Positions 1 through 10,432 of a stretch of DNA of 64,000 nt are shown piece by piece. The DNA lies in the IMG/VR virus record IMGVR_UViG_3300024259_000010, positions 62,001 through 126,000 of that record; one strand, given 5' to 3'. The notes beneath the pieces were generated by a model. It had not been told where the DNA came from. It did not search any database and saw only the letters and a list, made by a program, of their open reading frames with translations. The first letter of the stretch is position 1; every line of letters begins with the position of its first letter. A program made the translations under genes and the position numbers.

Positions 1-2844
1 TTTAAATGAAATTGTATACGTAGGTTCACCTTCCGAGTCAGGATATCTAAATGGAGCCCATCCAAATTTAGGTGGTACCATGATACCACCATCATTGGCT
101 TCAGCAGGAGCAGATGTTAATGGTACCCCAGACTCTTTTAAATACCATGTATCAGTATCAAAGGTTAATGTAAAGTTACCAGATACCCATTCAGGTAATC
201 CGCCATTTAAAGCAAACGTGAAGTCTGTAACATGTGTATTGAATGCATAATTATCTAACGTAATGATACGTGGAAATGCACGTATTAAAGAGTTAGCTAC
301 GATATTATTATCTAATTCAATATAACCGTAATAATCTTCTCCAACATCGATCTTTGTTATCTTTACAATCTCTCCAGTACGAGAGATTTCAAAGTCTTCA
401 AGATATGATACACCGTCTTCATCTGGTCTATACATATATTGACCAACTTGTTTTATCTTAATAAAGTCAGCACCAGATCCAGGATCGTATAAAACAAGAG
501 AACCATTAGTATCTCTAAGATAACTGTCAGTTGAATATTTTTGATTTATATTATCGGGATAAGTCTCAAATTCATGCTGATCATATGAAATATCAACAGC
601 AGTGAACAGCTCTTTAATAGTAGACCCGAATTTTACATTTAGATTATAAATAGACAATGTCTCAAATCCAATAGTAGCACTAGTTGTCAAATATTCATTA
701 TCTATTCCATCTAAGGTGGGAATAATAGAACCATTGAGCAATAGTGATATTGTGATATCATCATTAAGTCTAATAAACCCAGTTACACTATTTTCAAACT
801 TAAACTGAATGAGTTCGGGAGTGTTTATCCAACCATTAGTTTCAAGTTCAATATCATAAGTATATAACCCATTTTCATCAAATACAGCATCAACACCAGT
901 ATCATTATTATTCTTAAAAACAGTATTATTAAGTTTATTAACAGTAGATGCAACCACAGCAACATTAGTAGGTACTAATGGAGTAGGCAGTTCTTGTGCA
1001 TATGATGCTTTAACTTCAACACTAATAATATATTTCAAAATAGAAGTATTGCGATCACCAGCATCGGCATCAACTATTTCCATACGTTCGGCATTAATTA
1101 CAACATTGTTAATTGACAGTTGTATTTCAGCAGCAGCCTCTGCAACAAAATCTCTATTAATAATCTCTGGTGATTCTAAATCAAATGTTTCACCAAATGG
1201 TATATTATTTATAGTTGATACTTTATTATAGAAAGGATTGTATGTATATGTACTATTATTAAGATCATCAATAAATGCTTGTTGTGTTAGTGGGTTTTCT
1301 TTTTTGCTCTCCAATAATAACACTTCCGCATCACTCATCGGTTTAGCAATATCAGTATCTTTATTATAAAGGTACATAACATCAGGTGTCATTAGAAATG
1401 ATCCATCACGATATCGTCTAATATTTTTAATTTTATAATCATTACCAGATTCAATATCAGAAGTACGTAAAAGTGTTGTAATATCACCAGATGGTACAAT
1501 AGCACCTTTAACATCTCTAAGTTCTTTATAGCATAAATAAATTCTAGATGTAATACCATCTTTAAACTTACTAACTTTCATTCCAACATTAAGATCTTCA
1601 AAGTAGCCAACTAAATCCATAGGTGTGATTAACAATTCATCATTAAACGTATCATAAATAACACGGCGACGTAGATTAGTATAATCCATTCCAACACTAC
1701 CACCAATAATACGTTGATCAATTATCCCAATGTTAATATTATTTCTATTGGTTAACATAGATGAATATTTATCAGTACTTTCAACACCAGTAAGTGGGAA
1801 CTTGGCTGGAATTAATGCACCTGCTAATGGAGAAGTATCGATATCTACCTCACCTTTAGTAGCTAGAATTTCAATCTTGAGTTTATTACCTAACTGATCC
1901 TGTGTCATATATACAAATGGGATAGCTAGTTTGATAGACTTAGTTTCCTGCATAACCGTAACAATAGCTGTTGGCACATCCTCAGAATCTACATCATAAA
2001 TCTTTGAAGATAATGTTTGATGTAACTCAGTCCACGTCTCACCTTTTTCATCTACAAAAGTAGATTGTGAATGTGGTGATGGTTCCATGTATTCAATACT
2101 TGTACTATTGTTATAGTTCTCATAAACTTTGTTTGTATAAATACGAACAGCGTAGAACTCGTCTTCAAATGGATACTCTTTTACAAAAGGAGTAGCTTTG
2201 AAAACTTCTTCTTCATAGTAGGTACGTTCGAATTGATATGTAGGGATTTTAATGGATAGTAATTTAACAGTATCAACACTATAAATCCTACTCTCTAATA
2301 ATTCACTAGCAAGACCGAAGATTGGGTTAGTAACAGTTGTATCGTATACAACGGTAGCCGTGTCGGTATTTACATTGAAACGAATTTCAATTGGGTAATG
2401 TAGTGAGTAAGTATAATTACCAATTAGAAAAATAGTATCTCTAGGGATAATAGCTTTTCTATAAAGTATGTATTGTTCTGCTGTGTCATCATCAGCGTAT
2501 ACCGGTGGGGCTTCACGGAGACTATCCATAGCAACTACAAATTCTAGATTGGTACCAGATGGAGTAGCGAATAATCCAATGTAATCAAAATCTGACATAT
2601 GTTTATATAACGTCTCTGAGTTAGTTGCCCGAACTGGAAACGTATCATCTAATGCTTGAATAGTATCTTTAGTAATGTTAGATGACATAGTGGAGAATGA
2701 ATCTATTAAAAATGATGCGACGTTATTTGGAGTCAGTACACCATTCCCACCAGCTATCTGGCTTTCCATCCCCTGCAATATCTCATGTTGAATCCGGGAT
2801 GGAGCGGCATACAACTCAGTAATTTTTTCATTAGTTTTATTCAT
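1..2844 (-). CDS. Large virion structural (baseplate-like) protein, phiKZ gp87-like; 3' end runs out of window
   Basis: Not in the ORF track because no stop lies in the window. ATG at 2844 after GGA RBS; reads MNKTNEKITELYAAPSRIQHEIL...LYKHMSDFDYIGLFATP; the same frame is open at position 1 (...WAPFRYPDSEGEPTYTISFK). The LYxHMSDxDY motif and position are as recalled for phiKZ-like phages. Confidence 0.75.
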   Translation of the reverse strand, partial: MNKTNEKITELYAAPSRIQHEILQGMESQIAGGNGVLTPNNVASFLIDSFSTMSSNITKDTIQALDDTFPVRATNSETLYKHMSDFDYIGLFATPSGTNLEFVVAMDSLREAPPVYADDDTAEQYILYRKAIIPRDTIFLIGNYTYSLHYPIEIRFNVNTDTATVVYDTTVTNPIFGLASELLESRIYSVDTVKLLSIKIPTYQFERTYYEEEVFKATPFVKEYPFEDEFYAVRIYTNKVYENYNNSTSIEYMEPSPHSQSTFVDEKGETWTELHQTLSSKIYDVDSEDVPTAIVTVMQETKSIKLAIPFVYMTQDQLGNKLKIEILATKGEVDIDTSPLAGALIPAKFPLTGVESTDKYSSMLTNRNNINIGIIDQRIIGGSVGMDYTNLRRRVIYDTFNDELLITPMDLVGYFEDLNVGMKVSKFKDGITSRIYLCYKELRDVKGAIVPSGDITTLLRTSDIESGNDYKIKNIRRYRDGSFLMTPDVMYLYNKDTDIAKPMSDAEVLLLESKKENPLTQQAFIDDLNNSTYTYNPFYNKVSTINNIPFGETFDLESPEIINRDFVAEAAAEIQLSINNVVINAERMEIVDADAGDRNTSILKYIISVEVKASYAQELPTPLVPTNVAVVASTVNKLNNTVFKNNNDTGVDAVFDENGLYTYDIELETNGWINTPELIQFKFENSVTGFIRLNDDITISLLLNGSIIPTLDGIDNEYLTTSATIGFETLSIYNLNVKFGSTIKELFTAVDISYDQHEFETYPDNINQKYSTDSYLRDTNGSLVLYDPGSGADFIKIKQVGQYMYRPDEDGVSYLEDFEISRTGEIVKITKIDVGEDYYGYIELDNNIVANSLIRAFPRIITLDNYAFNTHVTDFTFALNGGLPEWVSGNFTLTFDTDTWYLKESGVPLTSAPAEANDGGIMVPPKFGWAPFRYPDSEGEPTYTISFK

Positions 2845-2855
2845 AAAAAATTCCT

Positions 2856-3911
2856 TTAATAATTAACAAATACTAATCGGATTCTTCCACCCGAAGTATC
2901 TATCCATGGAGACCCTTTGAAGTTCTCATGTGGGTCGTAGGTTCTATCAACATAGGAAAGTTTCTCATTTAACACGGGCTTACGATGGACTCTTCTATAT
3001 CGATTGACTAGCATATTGAAATCCTGTAAAATTGTATACTTACCATATTCGATCTTATTAGCTACGAATGGTACAGTGAATTTACCAGAATCTGTATTAT
3101 AAATTTCAGCTTCTCCATAATTGAATATAGCTCCGAATGGAGCTGATCTAGGAAAGCACCCAGTTGCTTTAGCATACTTTGTGATATATTTCTTTGAAGG
3201 ATCTAATATGAATCTATAAATAGAAACAGTATAGTTCATACGTTGTGCTTCAATATCATCTTGGTAAGCAGGCATCATACCTTTTGTAACATAGCCCATA
3301 TACATCATCCAGAAGAAGAAGATAGCGGCTAGTGGCCCATTTTGAATATCCTTGAAAGTTAAGTTCAAATCATATGTCTTACTTAATTGATCATATCCTG
3401 TAGCGAATGTCTGATCTTCAGAATGGAAACCTGCATCGGTAGTCAATGTTTGTACAACTGGATCTGGAAATCCAGTAACACTCTGTAGTCCATTCATCAA
3501 TGGTACAAAGAACGGATTAGATGGATCAATAAGACCACACTTACTTACATGTGATTTAAAGTCAATGCAGTATTTAGTATCCATCATGCATTTAATTGCA
3601 TAACCCATAGATCTAGGATCTAGAGTATCTAGTGGAGCAAATTCAGCTCTTGATCTTAATGATCCTGATCGTAGACATAGTCGAGGTCTTGTTATAAATG
3701 TTAATCCTGTATGTTCAACATTAGGTGGTAACATGTTTCTGTGATATCTATCAATCCCACTAAAGAAGGTTTGGTATGTATTATAGAACCCGCCGCCACC
3801 GACAGATTTCGATACCATATCTAAATACTTTTTTTTCTCAGCGTCAGTGAGCTGAGCAATACCTTCAGCAGAAACTGGCCTATTTGGAAAATCATTTCTG
3901 TTGGGTGCCAT
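2856..3911 (-). CDS. Virion structural protein (phiKZ gp88-like, tail/baseplate)
   Basis: 351 aa, GGAG RBS; GLTFITRPRLCL and GFPDP motifs; syntenic with the neighbouring structural genes. Confidence 0.65.
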   Translation of the reverse strand: MAPNRNDFPNRPVSAEGIAQLTDAEKKKYLDMVSKSVGGGGFYNTYQTFFSGIDRYHRNMLPPNVEHTGLTFITRPRLCLRSGSLRSRAEFAPLDTLDPRSMGYAIKCMMDTKYCIDFKSHVSKCGLIDPSNPFFVPLMNGLQSVTGFPDPVVQTLTTDAGFHSEDQTFATGYDQLSKTYDLNLTFKDIQNGPLAAIFFFWMMYMGYVTKGMMPAYQDDIEAQRMNYTVSIYRFILDPSKKYITKYAKATGCFPRSAPFGAIFNYGEAEIYNTDSGKFTVPFVANKIEYGKYTILQDFNMLVNRYRRVHRKPVLNEKLSYVDRTYDPHENFKGSPWIDTSGGRIRLVFVNY

Positions 3912-3946
3912 AAAAACTCCTTTTATCTTTTTACTATTTTATCTAA

Positions 3947-3955
3947 CATAGTATG
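3947..3955. promoter_or_regulatory. Candidate bidirectional late promoter (CATAGTATG / CATACTATG)
   Basis: Matches CATnnTATG on both strands, between divergent structural genes; phiKZ late promoters carry TATG at the start site. Confidence 0.45.
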
Positions 3956-3999
3956 ATGAATTTATGTATATTTTAAGTATTTTAAAAAAGGAGTAAAAA

Positions 4000-5283
4000 A
4001 TGAACCCAGCATTAGCAGCAGAAGTTGCAAATAAAGTTGCGCAAGAGGGTAAAAAACATGGAAAAATAAGTGAAAACTTATCTATGTTCTTTATTAGATT
4101 GATGAATCTAGACGGTGAGAACTTCAAATCACTTACTGGTATTTCAAAACAAGTACAGGTATCAAGCATGGCTTACATCGAAGATAGTCTTGTAAACACC
4201 GAAATCGCAGTTCCTCTAATGGGCACTCTAAACCAGATTTATCTTGGTTATGTATTAACTGCATTAAATATTTATAACTCTATCGGTCGCTCTAAGACAC
4301 TACGTGAAGTAGTAGGTCGTGTAGCAAATGAAGATATCTCATTACATATCTCTGAAGAGAATTTGATCGATCAACATTTTGGTAAGGCTAATGTTTCTAC
4401 TGAAGGACATGATGCTGCTAAGATCTATAACATTGAAGATGCTGTTAAGCATTTAGCTACTGGTCGTCTTATTGAATTTGAGTTCAATCTTAATTCTATA
4501 CAGATGTCTGAATTCGGAGGCGGTGGAAAAGATACAACTGTAGCAACGGATGTATCAGATAATTCTAGAGATACACGTTTTGAAAAAGATACAGATGCAA
4601 ATGGTAATGTTATAAGAGGCGATAATATGCATGAAGCCGGTGGTACTCTTAAAGAAAAAGGTGATACTACGAAAACTACTATTAAGTCACTACCAGGAGT
4701 TGTTAAAGTTCCTCTGTATGTTTCAGTCAAACCTGTGTTGTTACCTGAGTCAGTTGCAAAAGCTATCTTTAAGCTTAACTTCCCTATGTCTCTTAAGAGA
4801 CGTTGGATGCAAGTTAAGACACGTGAGATTAGTTTCTTCAAAGATTTCTTATTGTCATTAGACCTTATTAATCTTCACAAGAAAGCATTGCGTGCTGATA
4901 AGAACAATGTACTTTCTCGTTTCTATAACGACAAAGCTAAAAAAGACAGAATGCGTATTAAGTCTGCCATCTTTGGTAACCAGAAAAATAATCTGGCTAG
5001 TTCTATGATTATCATTTCTAAAGAGACATTTGATACTGTTGCAAAAGAAGCTAAACTTAACTTTGCTAATCCTAACGATCGTCAGAAGTTCTTCAATGAA
5101 TCATATTCTATGATGCTTGTTGTTGTTGACGAAATGTATGAGATGTGTGACATCTATTACAATGGTATTACCCAACCTAGTGAGATGCCTTACAAGGCTA
5201 TCAAGCAAGGGAATACTAAGTCCGGAGTTGACATGACTGAAATCATGAAGACTATTGCTAAGGGCTCTGCTCCTAGATTCTAA
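4000..5283 (+). CDS. Internal head / inner-body protein (phiKZ gp89-like)
   Basis: 427 aa, AAGGAG RBS; S/A-x-E candidate prohead-protease sites (ANE, STE); C-terminal GSAPRF; synteny. Confidence 0.6.
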   Translation: MNPALAAEVANKVAQEGKKHGKISENLSMFFIRLMNLDGENFKSLTGISKQVQVSSMAYIEDSLVNTEIAVPLMGTLNQIYLGYVLTALNIYNSIGRSKTLREVVGRVANEDISLHISEENLIDQHFGKANVSTEGHDAAKIYNIEDAVKHLATGRLIEFEFNLNSIQMSEFGGGGKDTTVATDVSDNSRDTRFEKDTDANGNVIRGDNMHEAGGTLKEKGDTTKTTIKSLPGVVKVPLYVSVKPVLLPESVAKAIFKLNFPMSLKRRWMQVKTREISFFKDFLLSLDLINLHKKALRADKNNVLSRFYNDKAKKDRMRIKSAIFGNQKNNLASSMIIISKETFDTVAKEAKLNFANPNDRQKFFNESYSMMLVVVDEMYEMCDIYYNGITQPSEMPYKAIKQGNTKSGVDMTEIMKTIAKGSAPRF

Positions 5284-5307
5284 TTTAAATAAAGGAAATA
5301 AATTATA

Positions 5308-6285
5308 ATGAACGCTAAACAAAAATTAGATAAGAAATTAAATAAGTTACTAGGTTCTAGAGGTGCATTCGTAAAACATTTCACCCTTAAGGATCTAGAA
5401 GCTTATATTGATATTCTTCTCGCATCACATATCAATATTAAAGTTGCTACTCGGAATATCCCTGATAGAATCTTTAATAGACTAGGCCCAGTCTTGTCTG
5501 CAAAATCTAGTGTTAGTAAACCTGGCTTTAAAGAATATAATCTTTATAAGTTAGCGTTAGCTAATCCTGTTAAAATCTTGGAAGACAGAACCGCTATGTC
5601 ATCTTTGGTAAATGCTAATGATGCATACATTGGTATTCTTAATGAACTCAAAGATAATCTTTCAGTGTATTTCACTAGTGATAAGATTAACTTGTTTAAT
5701 ATGAAATTATCACATGTTGTAATCATGAGTGTGTTATATCAGAGTGAACGTTTAAGTACGTTCTCTAAGTACATGTTGTCTATCGTGACATCTTGTATTA
5801 CTGGTTCCACCAAAGAGATTCCACAATACCAACTCCAGTACTGTTCTGATAACTATAAAGAATTAGCTATTACTATTTCTGAACTCATGAACAACTCTGG
5901 TGAAAAGAACTTCGGTAAGATTATTAATAACATCAAGATCAAAGCAGATGACTTTACTTTGATTTCAGATGATTCTAAATCACAAGTTGGTAGAATGAAT
6001 ATCAAAGGTTTAACTTCATCTGAAGATAAACTATTATCACGTGGTGTTCGTGGTCTATACTTACCTCGTAAGATTGGTGAGATGATCAACAATAAGCGTA
6101 ATGATAAACATAACCATCTCAAGAATGAGGAAGAATGGTTACGTGCTCAGATGGCTTTAGTCATTGCTAAGATGGAACGTATTGATGAAGACTCTCCTGA
6201 GTACATCAAACTGAAGAATGTTGTATCTAAGTACAATGATCTTATCAATAAGTACGAAAGAAAACAGAAAAAGTACGAGGATTAA
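5308..6285 (+). CDS. Internal head protein (phiKZ gp90-like)
   Basis: 325 aa, AAGGA RBS, C-terminal coiled coil; follows the gp89-like gene. Confidence 0.55.
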   Translation: MNAKQKLDKKLNKLLGSRGAFVKHFTLKDLEAYIDILLASHINIKVATRNIPDRIFNRLGPVLSAKSSVSKPGFKEYNLYKLALANPVKILEDRTAMSSLVNANDAYIGILNELKDNLSVYFTSDKINLFNMKLSHVVIMSVLYQSERLSTFSKYMLSIVTSCITGSTKEIPQYQLQYCSDNYKELAITISELMNNSGEKNFGKIINNIKIKADDFTLISDDSKSQVGRMNIKGLTSSEDKLLSRGVRGLYLPRKIGEMINNKRNDKHNHLKNEEEWLRAQMALVIAKMERIDEDSPEYIKLKNVVSKYNDLINKYERKQKKYED

Positions 6286-6288
6286 AAT

Positions 6289-7290
6289 ATGAAGCTATTC
6301 AATATAGATCCTAAGAAATTGATTAAGAGTGTTAGAAGAGGCCACTTTGGTCAATACACTGGAATCGGAATCTTTTGTCAAACGGCTGCTGAATTCTTAC
6401 AGTTCATCGAGGATGTAAACTTCGAACCTACTAGAACTGCGGCATATGCTTATCTTAAAAATACAGGTGGTGGATTTAGACCTGGTGATGAAGCGTATGA
6501 AGCAGATGTAGATGAGACTGTTAAATTGTATCCAAAACAATTGAAAACATTATTCTATGCTAATCAGACTAAGATCATGCTTCTCTTTATCAATATTGTA
6601 TTTGAGAACATGCAACGATTGTCTGCTAGAAAATCATCTAAGAAGTATTCTAACATTTCCATCTTCCTTATTAACAATAGTGTACTAGAAGGACTTATTG
6701 ATGTTATGAGTGGTGTTAAACCTATTGCTCATATTAATGTCATGGAAGTTCTACAGCGTGAAGCTGTACATCAAGCTAATATTAAAGATGGTGAGACAAC
6801 TGATTCGTATGTATATTCAGAGAAGCAGTTAGATAAAGATCTTCTTAATGAACTTAGAAATAGAATGTGTGATGTTTATATGCACAGTCGCCGCAACTCT
6901 AATAACATTGTTGATAATCATGTGAATGAAAGAACTGTTATTGATGCTCTTAAGTTAATTGTAAAACCTGTTGTTAAAGAGAAGTGTCCTCAAGACAGTA
7001 TTATATTTGATTATACTACATTTAGTTTCATTAGAGATATCTCTAGAAACCCTTTGATGTATGGTCATCCTGATTTTGAGCTGACTAAAGAAGACGTTCT
7101 CTATTCTACTGATTATATTTCCATGTGGGCTAATCTTCCTCATAGACTACTTGCTAAGCGTAAATGTAAAAACCATAGAATGCTTCTCTGTATCGTAAAC
7201 ATGATCGTATTGGACGTTCTTATGAATAAGAATAACAATTGTAACAACGATGATATAGCACAACCAGTTGAGGCTGTCGGTAGTTGCTAA
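6289..7290 (+). CDS. Hypothetical protein in head-protein operon
   Basis: 333 aa ORF starting 3 nt after the upstream stop; no motif recognised. Confidence 0.6.
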   Translation: MKLFNIDPKKLIKSVRRGHFGQYTGIGIFCQTAAEFLQFIEDVNFEPTRTAAYAYLKNTGGGFRPGDEAYEADVDETVKLYPKQLKTLFYANQTKIMLLFINIVFENMQRLSARKSSKKYSNISIFLINNSVLEGLIDVMSGVKPIAHINVMEVLQREAVHQANIKDGETTDSYVYSEKQLDKDLLNELRNRMCDVYMHSRRNSNNIVDNHVNERTVIDALKLIVKPVVKEKCPQDSIIFDYTTFSFIRDISRNPLMYGHPDFELTKEDVLYSTDYISMWANLPHRLLAKRKCKNHRMLLCIVNMIVLDVLMNKNNNCNNDDIAQPVEAVGSC

Positions 7291-7311
7291 CGTAGATGAT
7301 AAATATATAGA

Positions 7312-7330
7312 CATATATTACCTATATAGA
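7312..7330 (+). promoter_or_regulatory. Early-type promoter motif CATATATTACCTATATAGA
   Basis: Near-identical copies at 17332, 25617, 28985 and 39104; contains TATATTAC, the phiKZ early promoter core. Confidence 0.6.
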
Positions 7331-7432
7331 AGATTAACTATAAAGGAAAGGTGATTAATATGTTTACTGCATTTATCCTATGTCTATAGTCAATCTTAAT
7401 AGATGACTATTTACAAAAAATTGTAATAACGA

Positions 7433-7480
7433 GTGATCCACATATATTTCTAAACAGATATATGTGGGTCACATTTTTTT
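7433..7480 (+). terminator. Rho-independent terminator
   Basis: Stem GTGATCCACATATAT/ATATATGTGGGTCAC followed by T7. Confidence 0.65.
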
Positions 7481-7489
7481 GGAGATTTT

Positions 7490-8404
7490 ATGGAATTAAA
7501 TGATATGATGGATATGTCCATATTAATGGAATGTTCTAGAATTAATGAAGAAATTACCACAGGGTGTGAAGAACTCGATAGCCTCTGTGTAAAAGCAGAT
7601 ACTGTTAAAGGTTTCCTAGAAGAGATTCCGAAATTCGGAACTTCATCTGAACGTCTTAAAGAAATTCATGCGCACTTCACTGATAACAATATGGAGATTG
7701 GACTTTCTCTAAACAAACAAGCTTTCCTTGCTAATGCTACTATTGCATATGAAGAAAAACTTCATAATACGATTATGATGGCAATTAAAAAGATTTTAGA
7801 AAAGTTGAAAGAACTTATTAAAAACATTATTAGAATGAATCTAATTCTTGCTAATAAATTGAAAACTGAAACACGTTATGGTGTCATTGCTAATTTGAGA
7901 AAATATCCTGCTAATACTTTTAAAGGAGCTATTGTTCCTTTCTATAAGAAAGCTACATTGAATCCAGCCTTACAGACAATGAAAGGTATTGATTTCAATA
8001 AGATGGGGTCTAATGATCAATTACAGAATGCTTTACAACCATTACAGGTAAAAACATTTGATACCCTAGGATGGGTTATCAATGGTAATGTTATTTCTAA
8101 AGCACCTAGAAAAGAATTGTCTACAACCATGGTTGAACTTGGTTGGGCTATGGATGATCTCAATAGACTAGCTAATGACACTATTGGTTTATTGACTACT
8201 CCGTTTATTGATGGTAGAAGTGTTATCAAGAAACTTGAAGTTGAAGCCAAGTCTGTTAAAGGTACCGATGAAGCTATTAAGCTTCGTAATAAAATTAAGA
8301 ATATTAAAAGAACTACAAACTTACTACAGGATGTTTCTACCAGTATTGCGTGGTCTATCATTCTTATAATCAATAAGCTAAAAGCAGATTATAAGGGAGT
8401 ATAA
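7490..8404 (+). CDS. Head protein, paralog family (with 31760-32647, 21405-22202 and the N-terminus of 32717-35353)
   Basis: 304 aa; AYE candidate cleavage site followed by amphipathic helix IMMAIKKILEKLKELIKNI, similar to SLEAINSTIKDIIRRMFDLIKRL in 31760-32647. Confidence 0.55.
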   Translation: MELNDMMDMSILMECSRINEEITTGCEELDSLCVKADTVKGFLEEIPKFGTSSERLKEIHAHFTDNNMEIGLSLNKQAFLANATIAYEEKLHNTIMMAIKKILEKLKELIKNIIRMNLILANKLKTETRYGVIANLRKYPANTFKGAIVPFYKKATLNPALQTMKGIDFNKMGSNDQLQNALQPLQVKTFDTLGWVINGNVISKAPRKELSTTMVELGWAMDDLNRLANDTIGLLTTPFIDGRSVIKKLEVEAKSVKGTDEAIKLRNKIKNIKRTTNLLQDVSTSIAWSIILIINKLKADYKGV

Positions 8405-8406
8405 TC

Positions 8407-9942
8407 ATGTCCTTTTTTCCTGGTTTAAATATCGATCTAGAACATGTTGCATATAAAGGATTAACTGCATCAAAATTAGCTAATGAATTAATGGCTTTTT
8501 TTCAAGAGTTTATTGATATAAGAGACAAGGGTCTTAAAGACGGTATTCCACAGGAAACTGTTATTAAAGAAGTTCGTACTAAGTTTACTAGCTTAACGAA
8601 TACTCTTAGATTCAGTAGGATTCTTAGAGAACATACTGGTGTTGATTATGATCTTATGTACAGCGTTAAGAGAATGGGTGGTACCTTTGCAACACAGATA
8701 AGATTCCAACCGGAATTCATCAAAGATACTAGAGACAACTTTGTCCTAGATAATTCTAAAGATGGAACTGGTAGAACTATACAATCTAAAGTAGCTGAGT
8801 TTCATAAAGCATTTGATCGTAAAGAAGGTAAGTTAGATAGATATGCTGTTCAAAATATCCTATCTGATAAATGTGTTATGTGGTTTGATGTTGACTGTGC
8901 ATTCTTTATAAACTTATATCATTCTAAATTTGAAAATCTTGCGGCTTCTGAAATAACTGCGATTGTATTACATGAGGTAGGTCATACTGTATCTGCTGCT
9001 GAGTATTTAAGTATATTCCATAATACAATTATAGACTTTGCTAAACCAGTTGAAGTTAATATAAGTAGTATAGAACAAGCTAAGGTTGAAGTAGCGGCTG
9101 TAAAGAAAGAACTTGCTTTTGCTAAGAGACATGGACATGATAAGAAATCTGTAGATGTATTTGAGAAAGTGATATCTAATTTAGATGACGCCTTTGAGAA
9201 AGATTATATCAAACAGAGGAATATCTGGTTCTTCTTATTAATTGTACCACTTACATTGTTCTTTATTAAACGTAATATTAAAATATGGACTATCAATAAC
9301 ATATGTTCTGAATCCATCGATGATCTTATTAGAAAAAATCCTAAGAAGAAGAGCTCTGATTTAAAGAGAACTTTAAATGATTATTCTAATATTGAATATC
9401 GTGCAGATGCTTATGTATCTATGCATGGATTAGGACCATCACTTATTGTAGCATTATCAAAAGTAACTGATGCTTGTATGGCATCTGGTTATAAAAATAA
9501 CTTAGCTAATCCTGATAATAACTTAATTATATATAACGTACATATGTATCTCACTTCATTATTATCCGGTGTTACTGGTGGTAATAGAGGGACATATGGA
9601 TCAGCGTCAAATAGAATGAAGAATACTAAACGGATTATGCTCGATGCTATGCGTGCTGATGATATACCTAAAGATGTTACTGCTAATATGCTTAAAGAGT
9701 ATGAGAAATTCCTCAAGTTAGAAGATTTCTATAAACGGAAATTATCTAGAACTGTTGAACAGAACCATAGACTATTTAATTTCTTCCATAGATTAAGTTC
9801 AATGAAAGATCTTATTAGTTTTGTATCTAAAGGTAAGATGGATAAAGATTACGAGTTCATACTTTCTTCTGCTAAAAAACTTATATCGAATGATTTGATA
9901 TATTTACAAAAGCGTGTTGAACAACAAGCTAATAATAAATAA
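8407..9942 (+). CDS. Virion-associated protein with zinc metallopeptidase (M48-like) motifs
   Basis: 511 aa; LHEVGH (HExxH), hydrophobic helix IWFFLLIVPLTLFFI, downstream EYRAD. Confidence 0.6.
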   Translation: MSFFPGLNIDLEHVAYKGLTASKLANELMAFFQEFIDIRDKGLKDGIPQETVIKEVRTKFTSLTNTLRFSRILREHTGVDYDLMYSVKRMGGTFATQIRFQPEFIKDTRDNFVLDNSKDGTGRTIQSKVAEFHKAFDRKEGKLDRYAVQNILSDKCVMWFDVDCAFFINLYHSKFENLAASEITAIVLHEVGHTVSAAEYLSIFHNTIIDFAKPVEVNISSIEQAKVEVAAVKKELAFAKRHGHDKKSVDVFEKVISNLDDAFEKDYIKQRNIWFFLLIVPLTLFFIKRNIKIWTINNICSESIDDLIRKNPKKKSSDLKRTLNDYSNIEYRADAYVSMHGLGPSLIVALSKVTDACMASGYKNNLANPDNNLIIYNVHMYLTSLLSGVTGGNRGTYGSASNRMKNTKRIMLDAMRADDIPKDVTANMLKEYEKFLKLEDFYKRKLSRTVEQNHRLFNFFHRLSSMKDLISFVSKGKMDKDYEFILSSAKKLISNDLIYLQKRVEQQANNK

Positions 9943-9946
9943 AAAT

Positions 9947-9984
9947 ATATAGTACTACTATCCTCACGGATAGTAGTACTATAT
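9947..9984. terminator. Bidirectional terminator
   Basis: 17-bp perfect stem ATATAGTACTACTATCC, loop TCAC, between convergent genes. Confidence 0.75.
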
Positions 9985-9992
9985 TATTCAAT

Positions 9993-10430
9993 TTATTCGA
10001 ATTGTTCTTTTGGTAGGTCTTTCTTATCAGTAAGCACTTTAACAAACATTTTCTCAGTTTGGAAGTGAGTAAGAATACCTTGCAGTTGAGCGAAATTAAT
10101 CTTATTGAATTGTACAACAACATTAGCAACAGCTGTTAACAGTTCATAATCAACAACCCAATTAAGGGCATATGCATTAATAGTAGCACCGTTCTTAATA
10201 AGGATGAAGTCTGCATTCTCAAGTTCAGAGAATGTAAACTGATCTTCAGGTGCTTGAGATTTAATAACCTCTTCATGAAACTTCAACACATCATCAATAC
10301 GTGTAGCCATGTCATATGTACACAGACCATGAATAACTCCAACCACTGGAGCTTTCTGATATGTGTTGTTTGTAATAATTTTAATTTCAGAACCAATATT
10401 GTCAATAATAAATTCTTTACTTATGTTCAT
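9993..10430 (-). CDS. Hypothetical protein
   Basis: 145 aa ORF coupled to the chaperonin gene; no GroES motif seen. Confidence 0.6.
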   Translation of the reverse strand: MNISKEFIIDNIGSEIKIITNNTYQKAPVVGVIHGLCTYDMATRIDDVLKFHEEVIKSQAPEDQFTFSELENADFILIKNGATINAYALNWVVDYELLTAVANVVVQFNKINFAQLQGILTHFQTEKMFVKVLTDKKDLPKEQFE

Positions 10431-10432
10431 AA

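Noticed and set aside
1049-1231. 60-aa plus-strand ORF
   Set aside because: Antisense to the long open minus-strand structural gene at 1-2844.
7360-7503. Possible TAG reassignment, since read-through would extend the micro-ORF
   Set aside because: Several long genes end cleanly in TAG (12752, 14351, 22214, 49162) and none is fragmented under the standard code.
9993-10430. Possible GroES beside the chaperonin
   Set aside because: No PLxDRV or mobile-loop GGI motif, and the length is atypical.
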